DNA from: Octopus sinensis
Taxonomy: Eukaryota
Length of the DNA stretch: 64,000 nucleotides
Direction: 5' to 3'
Assembly (NCBI RefSeq): GCF_006345805.1
Contig: NW_021835457.1
Coordinates: 62,001 to 126,000, forward strand
Made by a program: the position numbers and the translations under genes. The notes below the pieces were generated by a model, which was not told the DNA's origin, made no database searches, and was given only the letters and a program-made list of their open reading frames with translations. Below, piece by piece: positions 24,172 to 38,439 of this stretch; position 1 is the first letter of the stretch; each line of letters starts with the position of its first letter.

Positions 24172-25249
24172 TATGTAATCACCATCTTTAATTGTGCTCA
24201 GACCTACTTCCGGATGATTGACACCTTTTTTTCAATACAATTTTTAATATGTCAAGCTCAACTAGTCCCGACTTAATTAAAGCCGACAAACTTTCATTCG
24301 TAAGTCGTGTTCTCTGAACAGTTTTTGCCAATATCATGACATTTTTTAAATAAGTAGTTTCACAAAAAATGAAAATGTTTATTGGCGGATAGTCTGAGAA
24401 TTATCCCTGATTATAGCCATGAAGACTTGGTTGACAGCAAAAAACAAAGAAATATTAGAATAAATAATCAATCACATTAATGTTAATAAAAACATATTAA
24501 GAGAATTTTTAATAGCTGTCCATTTCAAGATTAAGATACCAATGGAGATTACAACCGAGAAGGTCATTTTACAGAGGGTCGAATCTTAGTGCTCGACATG
24601 TATTTTCTAAAATTATGTATTTATCTTTGTGGCTAGAGCATGTACACTAATTAGAGCTAAAAAGTGGAACAAAAAAAATTGAAACAAATAATCAGGGTAG
24701 TCAATTAGAAACACCAAAAATTTTCATTTAAGCAAAATCTTTTGTGCATAGAAGATTTCTGGAATCATGATATCGGCAGAGGTTGCAATCTATTGTGAGT
24801 AAACAAACACATCATATGCTTGTGCTGTGATTAGTATTGCTCCTACAACTGCATGCTGAGTCATTTCTACACTTTTTGTAGCTAATAAGATGAACAGCCA
24901 ACTGGTTTATTAGTCACTTTCGTAATCCTTATATGAGAATAACAAAGTATACATAAGGGTTTCGGACCCATTTGTGAATATGCACATTTTCGTTCTCTCA
25001 GTAATCTACACAGTCAGTAATGTAAGATAAAAAAGTTTGAATGGACGACTGATTTTTGGTGACAGAAATGAAATTTGATAGCATATAACTTTAATGTAAA
25101 AATAGGATTTGTAAAGATCTGTTAAACTGCCTGGACTCTCAAAGGCATCTATAATTTGTTCTGTTTCCCATAATTGATTACAATTAGTATATACAATATT
25201 TTGATAAAATGCAAACTTGAATTTCAAAATTGTAAATTTGAGTTTTGCA

Positions 25250-25432
25250 GATGACATTTGAAGTTTATAATCGACAAATCGAATTATCCAATGACATTTG
25301 AAATTTATAATTGACAAATTGATTTTTTCAGATGACGATTTGAAATTTATAATTGACAAATTGATTTTTTCAGATGACATTTGAAATTTATAATTGACCA
25401 ATTGAATTATCCAGATGACATTTGAAATTTGT
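25250..25432. repeat. Minisatellite, ~41-bp unit, about 4.5 copies
   Basis: GATGACATTTGAAATTTATAATTGACAAATTGA(ATTATCC/TTTTTTC)A repeated. Confidence 0.9.
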
Positions 25433-25539
25433 AATGTAAATTTGGGGGTTCATAAGTGCCAAATTGACTTGAAAATGGTATACATCAATGTAACGAAAAT
25501 TACTGCATAAATAAAGTAATCTAGTGATTTAAATATTTG

Positions 25540-27690
25540 AATGTACATCCAAGATAAGTGATCCAAGCTATCAAATGAGTTATTTAGTATTCTCTTAACG
25601 AGTTTCCTCTAAAGTTACTGGTATTAATGAAATGTTATTATAATAATCTCAAGTAGGGTAAATTCGAAAATAATTCTCCATTGGGAATTCAACGCCATTT
25701 AGAATGAAAAGTCTTTTTGTATGTTTCGAAACATGTTCTGTATTAAATATACAGTTTTGTAAATTTGTTTCCTTTTAAAATAAGCAATTTTTTAAAAACT
25801 CTTTTGGTTAATTTCCAGTCTTTTGGATCACAAAGTGACAAAAAATAGAACAAGTGGAACCATTCTAATTAAAGGTCATATTTTATTGTGAATAACTCAT
25901 TGGTTAGACATTTAATTGATATATTTTTTAAACTGTTTTTGTTATCTTATGAATCATAAGATATCTGTAAATAAGAATATTTGTGAGGTTATTCAATAAT
26001 AATTCGGTGGAAAACATATCGCACGTATACATCTTCCAGCCTATAACTTTTTTCAATACTTACTCATTTGTGTTTCCAACATTGTTTGTTGACAATTTAG
26101 TATTTATTGTAGTATCTACCAGAACTTCCAACAAATCATTAGATACTGCATTTTTCTGTAATCATCAGTCGTTCATTGACAGAAAAATATCGAGGTTGTC
26201 AATGGAGTTCAGAAAAGGAGCTCATATTTGTCGTAAACTAGAATTTTCAGTTTCGTGCCCAACTTTGTATGCAATAAAGTAAGATCCAGACAGGCTATTT
26301 ACGTTTGGCGAGGGTTTCCTAGCCGCGCAGTCTAGATCATCATTGAGTTATAGGTCTGGCTATTTCAGAGTGCAATAATTGATAGCTCTTATATGATAGC
26401 TACAGCTGGGACTACTTCCCTACATACAGCTGGGACTACTTCCCTAAAACTTTATACAGAACTTTTTGAGAAAACCAAAACAGCAAAACCAATATTAAAG
26501 AGGAAGATAAAAAAATCATGTTCCGACACTATATGAAGCTAGTGAATATGCAAAAGCGCATGAATTATGGTTTCTTGAGAATGATTATGAATAAAGAGGA
26601 AAAATATACGAAATACAAAAAAATAATACAAAAAAATTTCAAAAAATTATCAAACTAATCATTCTTAAAAAATCACGATTACATGATTAAAATCTCTAAA
26701 TAATCTTTGTAATTATACTTTAATATTGTTTATTGTTATTTTGATTTCTTGTTCTATTTTTATTGTTCACTATAGAATTGACTGTATAAGACTTTGTATT
26801 ATGGTAGCGTCAGAATCTAAATCAGCCTTATAAATTAGAATGCGAAACCACTAGTCTTAGGAAACACGCTGTAGGAATCGAGCGTGGATATTGTAGGAAT
26901 GTTTAAGTTACGTCCATCTCATGTTAATACATTGGCTATATTTTTACTCTTGCATGATAAATTAATTCCAGCTCTTTAGACAAGAGGTAATATTTTCTGA
27001 CAGTCTTAGGTAACAAGGAGTCGACACAAGTGGCATCTCAGAACAGGAACTTTCCTTCCCTAAAAAATAGTCACCCCGTCGGGACGCTAACCGTCACAAG
27101 CAAATACAAATAATAAGACTAATTTTTTAATAGTTAAGAAATTGTCATAAACTCAATTTCTTATTATTTTCCAGAACGTAACGTGAGATTACCTGACGAG
27201 AAATCTTCCTCGGATTGCTTAGGTTGTCTAAAATATTTCGACTAAAATTCACAACTTATTGATCTCTTTCTTAGGAAGCGCACCTTTCCTTTTTTTTGCT
27301 CTACTTATCTCTAATGATTCATCTAAAAAAGATTTAAAAATTTAATCAACAGACTTTTTCCGCAGATTTGAAATAGCTTGACGTTTTTTAAGTGAACATT
27401 CTTTGATTAATTCATCTCCTAATATAGCAAAATAATGACAAACTCGATCAAACCTTCAAATTATTTAGATTTCATCAAAAATTGATACTTTTGACATATG
27501 CAGCTCATTCAATGATTGGGCCATATTCGATGTGATTCTCTTTAAAATACAATTTCACTGTCAGACACATCTTTAAAACTTTCATTCTCACCCTTGGGAA
27601 TTCTTCAATAATGGACGTCAAAATATTTAAATAATGCCTTATAAATTAAAATGCGAAACCACTAGTGTTAGGAAACACGCTATAATGTCC
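25540..27690 (-). pseudogene. Possible degenerate leucine-rich-repeat gene
   Basis: Fragments IPNGELFSNLPYLRLL and NIPTISTLDSYSVFPK..LVVSHSNL. A 47-bp direct repeat occurs at ~26826 and ~27638. Many stops. Confidence 0.25.
27001..27100 (-). mobile_element. CRE-like RLE-domain fragment
   Basis: DG*RPDGVTIF / FREGKFLF*DATCVDSL, homologous to [29 protein letters not shown]. Confidence 0.75.
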
Positions 27691-27789
27691 ACATAATACT
27701 AGTCTACTTTAATATGTAATATTCATTTTTAGAGAACTTAACTGGAACTCAAAATTGTCTCATTATTTCCTTACATGGTTACATTCACA

Positions 27790-28150
27790 TCATTCAAACA
27801 AAATAATTCCCGATAATAAATTAAAAATCCAGATCTTCAGTGATTTCTCTTCTTCACTTGGAAGAAGAGTTTTCCATAGACTTCCTGCATTTTGTATTTC
27901 TGCGTCAATGATTTTATTCAACTGAGTGTCCTCACGACATGCCAGCTCCGCAAGTTGATTGGAGGCACAGGCGTACTTCTCGTTGTCTACCTTCATCCCA
28001 TGTCTGTGCTCGATAAGCATACTCTCTAGCGTTCTCTTTACGACAACCATTCAATATTAAAAATATGTCCGTTAAATATGCTAATTTTAATTTCCAAATC
28101 GAATTGCTAATCAATTCATTGTTCTCTCGCAAAAAATTCACTAATCATAT
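27790..28150 (-). mobile_element. hAT/Buster transposase remnant
   Basis: WKLKLAYLTDIFLILN motif. Confidence 0.65.
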
Positions 28151-28461
28151 TCTTGGCTAGTGCCCTTCCTCGTGACGATTATCGTATTTCAATATGTACC
28201 AATAAATTCTTATCGCATAAAGAATTAAAAATTCTGGAATTTTTGGATCGAGTTTTTATATAATTGATCATTTTTATGTCATCATTCATAACTGATTTCA
28301 AAGCAGGCGGGTAAGTTTTCGGAACCAATACTTCACGATATAAGAAACAATGTGTAGAGACTATTTGATCATTCTGTGCTTTAGTAAAGAAACCTGAATT
28401 TAATTATATAAAAAACAATATACAAGTCCATTAAGTATTCCAGACATGAATGGATTAATAT

Positions 28462-29060
28462 ACAATGAAACCTCTCGAATCCGCTTGTTTTAATCAAAAA
28501 TTTGAAATTTCCTATGAATGATTCTCGAATCCGCTCCTCAAGTATTATGAAAATTTTTTTATCTAATTGTAAGTTACATTAATTAACATTTAAAAATTTT
28601 CATTCTTCGCTTGGAATAAAGTTACTCCTACGACCATCAAAAAATGTTTCCGTCATCCACAATGGATAAAATGTGAAACAATCACAATCAACAGTGAATC
28701 TAAGAACTACGAAAATAATTATGAAGAAATAATTAAGAAATTTCAAATTGACGATCCAATATCTTATAGTGAATTTGTTGATTATGGATATACTGAAAAT
28801 GAAGAGCTGATGGAATTTTTAAAATAATCTGAACAAGCTAATACATTACAGTCAAAAAAGTTTAATCAGTTAGTGATTTTATTTAATAATTATACTTAGG
28901 AAACAATTATTGAAGAGAAATCAAATGAGAAAAGAGTTAATTTTTCAGAAGCTTTCAGAGCTCTAGAGATTATTAAAACTAATGCTTCTCAAGTAAATGC
29001 AGATAATTTTTTTTTAAATCAATTTAATTAGATAATTAAAACTAATTTACGAAAATATTA
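28462..29060 (+). mobile_element. pogo/Tigger remnant
   Basis: Terminus-like TACAATGAAACCTCTCGAATCCGC (same family motif as at 54456, 56673 and 58540). Tigger-like C-terminal VNFSEAFRALEII. Confidence 0.5.
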
Positions 29061-29384
29061 TGAAAATTGGTGAAATGTTAAGAAAATTAATTAAAAAAAC
29101 ATAAAATTTCTGATTTTTATGAATATAAATAATTTTATGTATTCAGTCATTTGTATATAAAAAGAAATGTTTAATCTTATTGCAAGTTCATGTTTCAACT
29201 ATAAAATATTATTTAAATTGCCTCTCGAATCCGCCGATCAAAAAATCGACTTGGAGGCGGTCATTTCGGCATTTTAAATCGTCTCGGGACACAAAAGTGA
29301 CATCCAAATTCACTCTCAAATACCTCAAATATAACGTAATAAAGCAATTTAATGAGAGAAAAGTATAAGAATATAAACAAATAA

Positions 29385-31431
29385 TCACGGAAGAGCACCG
29401 TCCAGCCAGTAAATCAGAGTATTTGCACTCGATTGAGTAGCCTTCTGTATATCCACATGAGAATTGGAGAGGGCATTCTCCATCAATGCCACAACGTGCT
29501 GCAATCCTCGAATATCTCCACTCATCTCCAACAAATCTGCCCACAATCAGCCAAAAAATAAACCTTTATGCATTCCAAGCAACCACAACTGCAAAGTCGA
29601 GTCATTGAACTTAGAAGTGGTAGAACTGGCCTGATTCAACACGTTTATGGCATCCTGAATGTGACCCACCACACACCTGATACTCCCCCATCCCCGACAA
29701 AACATAGCCCAAAATGGCCATACAAATATTCGACAGACGTCCAAAACTATTAAAAGTGGCCATCGACAGTGTCTCGCTGATTGTCTCTCTACAATCAAGT
29801 CTAAAAACAAACTTGGCCTCCATCATTTGATTGACTTGGACAAGCGTGAGAGTCTTGATTATTCTGACGACTACCCACGTGTTGTCCGACCTACAAATGA
29901 GTGACCCCACTCACGGTATTCCTTCAACATATTATTGACCATCATTATTAGAGAATTGAACTCCCCATGTCTCCCACACAGCAAATACACAAACACTAAA
30001 TTAGCAGTCGTCATGGACTTGAAGTAAGGGTTAATCGACGACTGAAGGTAAGACCCCCCCCTTACCTCCATTACGAACACAAACTGGGAAATAGCACTGT
30101 CCAACTGGTCAGTGGAGAGGGCATACAGTCCCTGCCAATCACCAGAAGGACAAACCAACAGGAAATGCACATCCAAATAATTCTGTGAGTTATAATTGCA
30201 GTTTTCTCCCAAAAGAGCCACCATTTTCTCAATCTGCCAATCAGACTGGACTGAATACCTGAAGGATGGCCACAGCTCTGTTGGGGACCATCAGATTGCA
30301 GACAACTCTCAAAAAATACAAATGATGTTCCAACACACGCCTAAATGGAGAGGAATCTGCCTAATTTGAGGGAATACCTCTCTCTAAAGACACCAAACTC
30401 GAACTGATCAGACTATCCGTCAAAATAACTGATTCCACATGGATTTGATAGGCAGAAATAGCCTAAGGTGATATGTGGGGACATACAATGGCAGCACATG
30501 CGGAAATGGAGGATGGATCAAGCCAGTGTCCCTCAATCAGTCCATATCCCCCCACCACATCCACAAACACCCCCCTGAAGACAATATTCTGTAATTCAAC
30601 CACACAAAACCCAGCATCCTTAACCTACGGAATACAACCAGAAATGACCTTCCCAACAGTCAGTCTACTATAAATGGAGAGAATTAAATAAATTGTGTGC
30701 ATAGTGGGGTGGTCAGTGAAGGGGGCACAACTCTCCAACAGTCTCATCCCCCGGTCGAAACAGCCCATGCAGAAATATAGCTGAAATTACCCCACAAAGT
30801 ACGATTGACTGGTTGAAGAAGACACATTTCCTGATTATGGGCAGATTCTGTTTTACTGAGAATTTGGTGATGAGTTCGAGGATTTGGAAGGCTGACTGGA
30901 AGTCCTCCTGCACGAAATCGACGTACTGAGTGGGGAGGGGGGAATACAGCCAGTTCGTGCATCAGGCGGACATACCAATAATTGTCTGTCGTCACGTCGA
31001 TTATATTTCTCAACAATTCTTCCGCCTTTTCAAATTCGCGCTTAAATTAGTGGCGGGAAATTACCTTTTCTTTGTAGATTCCCGCCAAAAGTGAGGCGGC
31101 TTCGTAGACTGTGTTGTCGGGGGTTACGTTCTGAGTGATTACGTAATAGTTACTTGGAATTTGGAGAAGGACTAGGACATGAGGGCGGGAAAATACCGCT
31201 TTTTCGAGGAAGTGAATTCCCATGTTCTGGGAGTGGTAAATTAGGCCGAGAAATGAGTTTATTTTGCAGTAGAGGGTGGAATCCAGTTCAAAGTAGAATG
31301 CAGCCAGAAGGCATTTTGTGGCTCTGAATAAATCGTTGGGGCCCAGTTTCTTGGCCAGAAGGTAGAGGGTGTAAGGACGGTCCAATTTAGAATTGGTCTC
31401 CTATTTTTATTAACTCTGAGTTAACTACCAT
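29385..31431 (-). CDS. INTS10: Integrator complex subunit 10-like, multi-exon with indels
   Basis: ATG followed by a 28-nt intron, then ..YLLAKKLGPNDLFRATKCLLAA, which aligns with INTS10 RARELVPQDLWAAKAWLITA. Later MAILGYVL resembles MALGHVIV. The middle of the model is uncertain. Confidence 0.55.
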
Positions 31432-31587
31432 GGATAACAAACCTAAGTATATTTAAAATTTTTTATTGCCAAACATTTATTAAAAATAAAAACCATTTTT
31501 AATTAACTCAATATATCCAATAAAGACAAACTAATCAAATAAACTCGACTTTTTTTTATAAAAAATCAAAATTATATCAGGCCAATA

Positions 31588-33034
31588 TTAGCAGGATTGA
31601 AGCACAGAAATGATAGCCCGAATATCCTCATTGACAGAATCGTCAGAGAACACCTACAATAAGAGCAGAGAGCAAACAGTCAGACTAATCACATCCACAA
31701 ACTCAGCCAAAACAGCAGCCATTCTGTCCATACACGACTCATCCAATACTTCCCTAACCCGACTGGCCAGCCACCCCACTCTCCGTACAAGACAGCCAAT
31801 AAAGAAGGCAGCATAGGCCGAAATGACCGACTCGTCCATATGACTGGTCCCCTGCTCTGCATGTCTCTCAAACAACTCAAAATAACACCCAACACTACCA
31901 AACATATTTCACGGAAATTATCCGAGGATAAACACCCCGGAAAACTCATTTTAAGCACCTGGGAAGGATCATCCCCCAATAAATTATAAACAAGAGACAA
32001 TCCCTACAATCTAAACACATCCCCACCAAAACACACAAATCCAGTTCATAGTGCTTCGGAAACACGTGTGGAAGACACAAAACAGAGGACAGTCCCACTG
32101 GAAGGAGATCAGTCCCTTCTTTGGTGTGGGAAGTGAGGGTGACACTCAGTTTGAGCATCCCCACATAACACACCCGATAGTCCTCCCCCCTTTCAGTCCC
32201 CTCCACCAACATTGTCAGCACATTTGTGAGCAGGCGAGTGAGAGGGGGGGACAGAGGGGACACATCTGAGGGGAATTGGGTCACTCCACACAAAATATTG
32301 TCCAAAACACTCACCAGTCGACTCACTCGTTGTATATCCTCAATACAAGAACAGTCCTGGCAATATTCCCCACCAATTCGAATAAGAGAGGACACAATGG
32401 ACTCCTCGTATTCCCCAATGTTATGTCCACTCAGCATATTCAATGTCTCCACAGCCAAGTCGACAGTCTGGAATAACCCACCCACATACAGTCGGGCAGT
32501 CTGGGAGGGCAACAGAAGGAAGGGACCCCATCTGATAAGCTGGTTGTGAGAGGATGAGGGAGAGGGAGTGGAAGAGGAGTGGGAGACAGTCCTGTGTGGG
32601 AGGGGAGGGGAGTGTCCAGAGGGAGTAGGACAGTGCACACACATCAGTCTGGGTGTCACAGCCAATACAACCTTCGACAGGTCAGAGGCATTAAAAGTGC
32701 GAATTGTGTCCAACAAAACATCCTTGTCTCCCAAATCAGCTGTTTTTAGTGCATTCTGGTATATATAGGATTGTCCCTTTGTCTGCTTTCGGGTGGTTGA
32801 AGGGGTCAGAGAAGGGGGTCTGGTCGTGGGGATTACAGTCTCGCTTTTTGCAAAGTCGAAGGGGTCTGTTACTGTCTCTTTCTTGTACAATCCACGAAAT
32901 TGTTTGGCGTGCTTTCCCCCCTCCAGCCATATTTTCTGGGGGAAATTGCTGTCACTCGCCACTGAGCGAAGACAGTCGATTGAGGCAGTCAAACACTCAG
33001 AAATATTCTTCTCCCGCTTTGTAGGTTTAGGCAT
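31588..33034 (-). CDS. WAPL: Wings apart-like cohesin release factor
   Basis: SHMDESVISAYAAFFIGCL..VREVL..MAAVLAEFVDVISL matches WAPL HMEDCIVASYTALLLGCL..VREYL..M..MLKKFLSFMNL. C-terminus IRAIISVLQSC*. Confidence 0.85.
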
Positions 33035-33106
33035 CCAAAACACCACAAGAACAGTTTCTTAAATTATTATTTTATTCAACAAATAAAAAACAACCAATTA
33101 ATATTA

Positions 33107-34813
<1,707 letters not shown>

Positions 34814-34909
34814 GTGCAAATCAAATATAATTAATATATTTTTTAATTAATATTAAACTTCAATTAATTCCATAAATAATTATTGTATTTATTTAAAGGC
34901 CAATTAGTA

Positions 34910-36466
34910 TTAAGTTCATCCGATTGGGTGACCTATGGGTAATCGGGCTATCTTACCGGAATGCCCATCGAACTGACAAAGCTAACTAAATCCTGCAACG
35001 ACCTATCTCCTGAATACGCCTTATAAGACTCATATCCCTTGTTTGGTCCTTTCGGATAGAACAAGGTGGTCGGGAATGCTTCAATGTCCAGTTTGTATTC
35101 ATTTTTAGTCCCATCCGTCTTGGCGATGACCAGGTCGGGCACCCACTCGAGTTTGGCTCCCAGTCTGTCCCAAGTCACGTTCAGTTTCCTGCTGTGTCCA
35201 CACCACGGGGCATCTGCACTCAGTTTATAAAACACTTACAAATAAATACAAAAACGCTCTTATTTTCATCAAAGACAATTTCCTCAAAGTTTTCCAAAGT
35301 CAGCACTTTGGTAGGAAATTTGTCCCAGTCCTTGTGGAGAGGCTCCTTTTTGTAGGTGGGCTGTCCACTCAACACAACCCCCAACCTCGAGCTGGTCACT
35401 GTCCAACCTAATCAAAAAGTCGAGGACATTCTCCTTGGTCAGATCCTCCTTTTCCGGCCTGAATTTCAACGTCTTGTCTCCAAGGTGGACTCCTCTGAAA
35501 GTAGGCAGTTCCACTGGCCCGAAAAAGTCGAGGATGAGTCCCAGTCTCGTATCCTTGGCCGACATGACCGCAATTTGAATCTTCCCCACAAAATCCTCGA
35601 CTGCCTCATTCAGCATTGCCAACAAATCCTCCCCAGGACTTTCCTCAATCAAAACAATCACAGTTTTCCTATCGGAATGCTCTTTTAATACATTATTAGA
35701 GTTTTGGGGACTCAATTCGACCACACTGGCCATTTTGTTGTACTCAATAAAGTCCAGAATGGCCATGCTTGTATTTTCTGCCCCCTCTGGGTAGCCCACA
35801 CTCCTTTTGTCAGTCTGTCCGTTATTCCTATAAAAGTACATGTCTGTAAATGTAGAGATGACTTTTCCTGGAAGAATTGAGTGTCTCCAGTAGAGAATAT
35901 TCTAGAACATAGGCAAAGACCAAATCGCTGTGTCTGCTTGCGTTCTGATAGCTCAATGAGGTGTCCTAAACACGTGATTTATTCAGGCACGTGGGCAATG
36001 ACGAATGATTTGTCGGTCAATTTTGACAACTGGGAGTGGCTGGTGATGAAAATGAGTCCTTTTCCTGTCCTCTTTTTGAGGAATTTGATTATTTCCTCAG
36101 AGTCACGTATTCCTGGGTTTTCAGACTGGGGTACCTTCGAATTTGAATGTGTCGTTCTGGACGAAAAGGATGAGAGTTGGGTACATTCTCACGTTTTTGT
36201 CATTCGCTAGTTTTTCCTCTTTTGAGCAATCCACGGTGGCAAATTTGACTTCCAGCTGGTCAGAAAGTTCAGATATTTTTTGATAAATCGGCAAAAAACG
36301 CTTGGATTGTTCCCCCCAGGGGACATCTATTCTTCAGAGGACACTGCTTACAAAAATTGACTAAAACTGCTTCGTTTTTTTGAATGAATTGTTGGAAGGT
36401 TTTTAATGTTAGTTTGGTCACTTCACACCCCACAAGGCAAGACAGGACCAAAAATGGTGTCAACAT
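34910..36466 (-). CDS. Protein disulfide isomerase family protein (a-b-b'-a') with non-canonical active sites
   Basis: Signal peptide MLTPFLVLSCLVG. Domain a reads NF|YVPWGEQSKRF..FATVDCSKE..MYPTL..GIRDSEEIIKFLKKRTG. Domain a' reads APWCGHSRKL..IAKTDGTKNE..IEAFPT..YSGDRSLQDL. The C-terminus is QSDEL if one T is restored. Confidence 0.88.
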
Positions 36467-36793
36467 TAATTACGATAGTCCTACATTTTATTGATCAAAT
36501 AATTATTTTATAAATAATTTAAAATCAATAAAAAAAACATGTTTTATAAATTTTTCTCCATGTTTAAAATCTACACTTAATATTCAGACAATTTAGTAAA
36601 CCGCTAAGAAGGGATGACGACTATCAGTAGGGATTGACACCTGGACTTTAAATTTATGGAAAAATGTGGTTGATTGAGTCGTCATTGTTTATTTGTCACT
36701 GATATGTATAATAAAAAATCAATGTTTGTATTTGTTAGTATAAGACTTTGTTATATTCAAAAATTATTTTGTAGACTCAAAAATATATTCACT

Positions 36794-38439
36794 TTAATTG
36801 GTCGAAAGATTGGCCTCCGAAAGTTCCTGGAACAAATAGAAAAGCCCGGAATTGTTGGTCGCCTCGAGGACACTGATTCCGTGGAAGGCTCGGTATCTGA
36901 TGACTTGGAGGTCGTTTATCAGATTTATGAACATAGCACGCGCTTGGAAGGGAGTATAGGTCGACTGGAGGTAAAGAGAGAGGAGATATCCGTAGTGTTC
37001 TTGTGTTTTGGTTATGATAGTCTGCAATATAACCCAATCGACTAACCATGTTGTTCAGACTCACTCGTTCGGGGGAAAACACAGCGATTAAAATTAGCAA
37101 TTGGAGAGCTTTGAGGTCCCCAGCTGAGTGTTCGTGTAATTCTTTGGAGACATCACAGTGCTGGACAATATCCTCGATTCCTTCAAACTGGAATGAATTT
37201 GTGGACATGGCAGAATCAAACGAATTGGAATCGTTGTGATATAAACCACATGCTTGGGACATTATGCTCAAACGAATCGTCAGCAGTACAATTATCGAAG
37301 ACTGGGATCACCAACAAACACTACTTTGAACAGATTGAGTCTGTCTTCCATGTCCAGATTCCTATATTCGTCAAAATGTCGCAGAAATTGAAAGAATTGT
37401 CTGACTCGACAACTCATCGAATCAGTGTTAGCAAACACTCTACAAATCAGATTCATAACTAACCTGTAAAAAATGTAATTTATATTTTCCAGCATCTGAA
37501 CTGCCTCTTCCGAAAGACACATTTTGGGAGCATTCTCCAGTATTTCCCCTGTGGAGGACATGACGGGTAATTGAGGGGCGAATTTGACCACAAGGTGATT
37601 CGAAAAGTCCTCAAATGACTTGGGGTACTCAAAATCCTCTCTGAACACACAGTCGTAGAATCCGCTGTCCTTGTGTTCCTTTCCCTGTGGATATGTGTAG
37701 TCCATTCCAGTAAAGTAAGTCATATCAAACGTGTTTTTCCGGATATTTCGATGCATTTCGGCGGGAAAAGAATGATGTCTTTGCATAGGCGGGTACATTT
37801 GTTCGGTTATTTGACAGTAGTTGTAGGGAAATGGCACCGAACATGTCGATTCGTAGTTATGTGGACTGATCAAAACAGAATTGGAAATTTCCTGATTTGC
37901 TTCTCGCGAATTTTTTCTTTTATGTTCAATTTTTACACGTCTTTTCTTTAGTTGGTCATCAGCTGGGGGATTATAAACACGGCTTACTGAGAATCCACTG
38001 CTTTTTCATTCCAACGCTGAAACATTTGTTGAGTCGACAGGCGGGACAGAACTTGCGGGTGAAAGGAGTGAGGGCACACTCCCCGTTGAAGGCACAACGA
38101 GTGTTCTAAGGGATATATTATGGAGGACTACCTTCTTTCTGAGAGCATTGCGTCTGAAAAAGGCTTTGCAGGATTCACAGGTGACTGCATTAAAATTGTA
38201 GCCGAGTGCTTTATCTCCACATATGGCACACAAATACTGGAACTGGTGTCCTTTGGGTTTACTTCTCCGTTTATGGTGTTCGACGTGTTCGCCGAGTTGG
38301 ACTCCCTAGAGTTGTAGCCAAGTAACTAATAGCATTGTTTGCGCCTGCTGAACCAAAGTGTCTAACCACTGGGGCATTTACTTACTTCAAATTCGGAGGA
38401 ATCGATCGTATCTTCTCTTATCATTTGGCTGGAATTCAT
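36794..38439 (-). CDS. HR96: Nuclear hormone receptor of the HR96/NR1J type
   Basis: [67 protein letters not shown] motifs [29 protein letters not shown] and an AF-2-like LFQELS. Confidence 0.88.

Noticed and set aside
25250-25432. CRISPR-like array
   Set aside because: The units are contiguous with no unique spacers, there are no cas genes, and the context is eukaryotic. It is a minisatellite.
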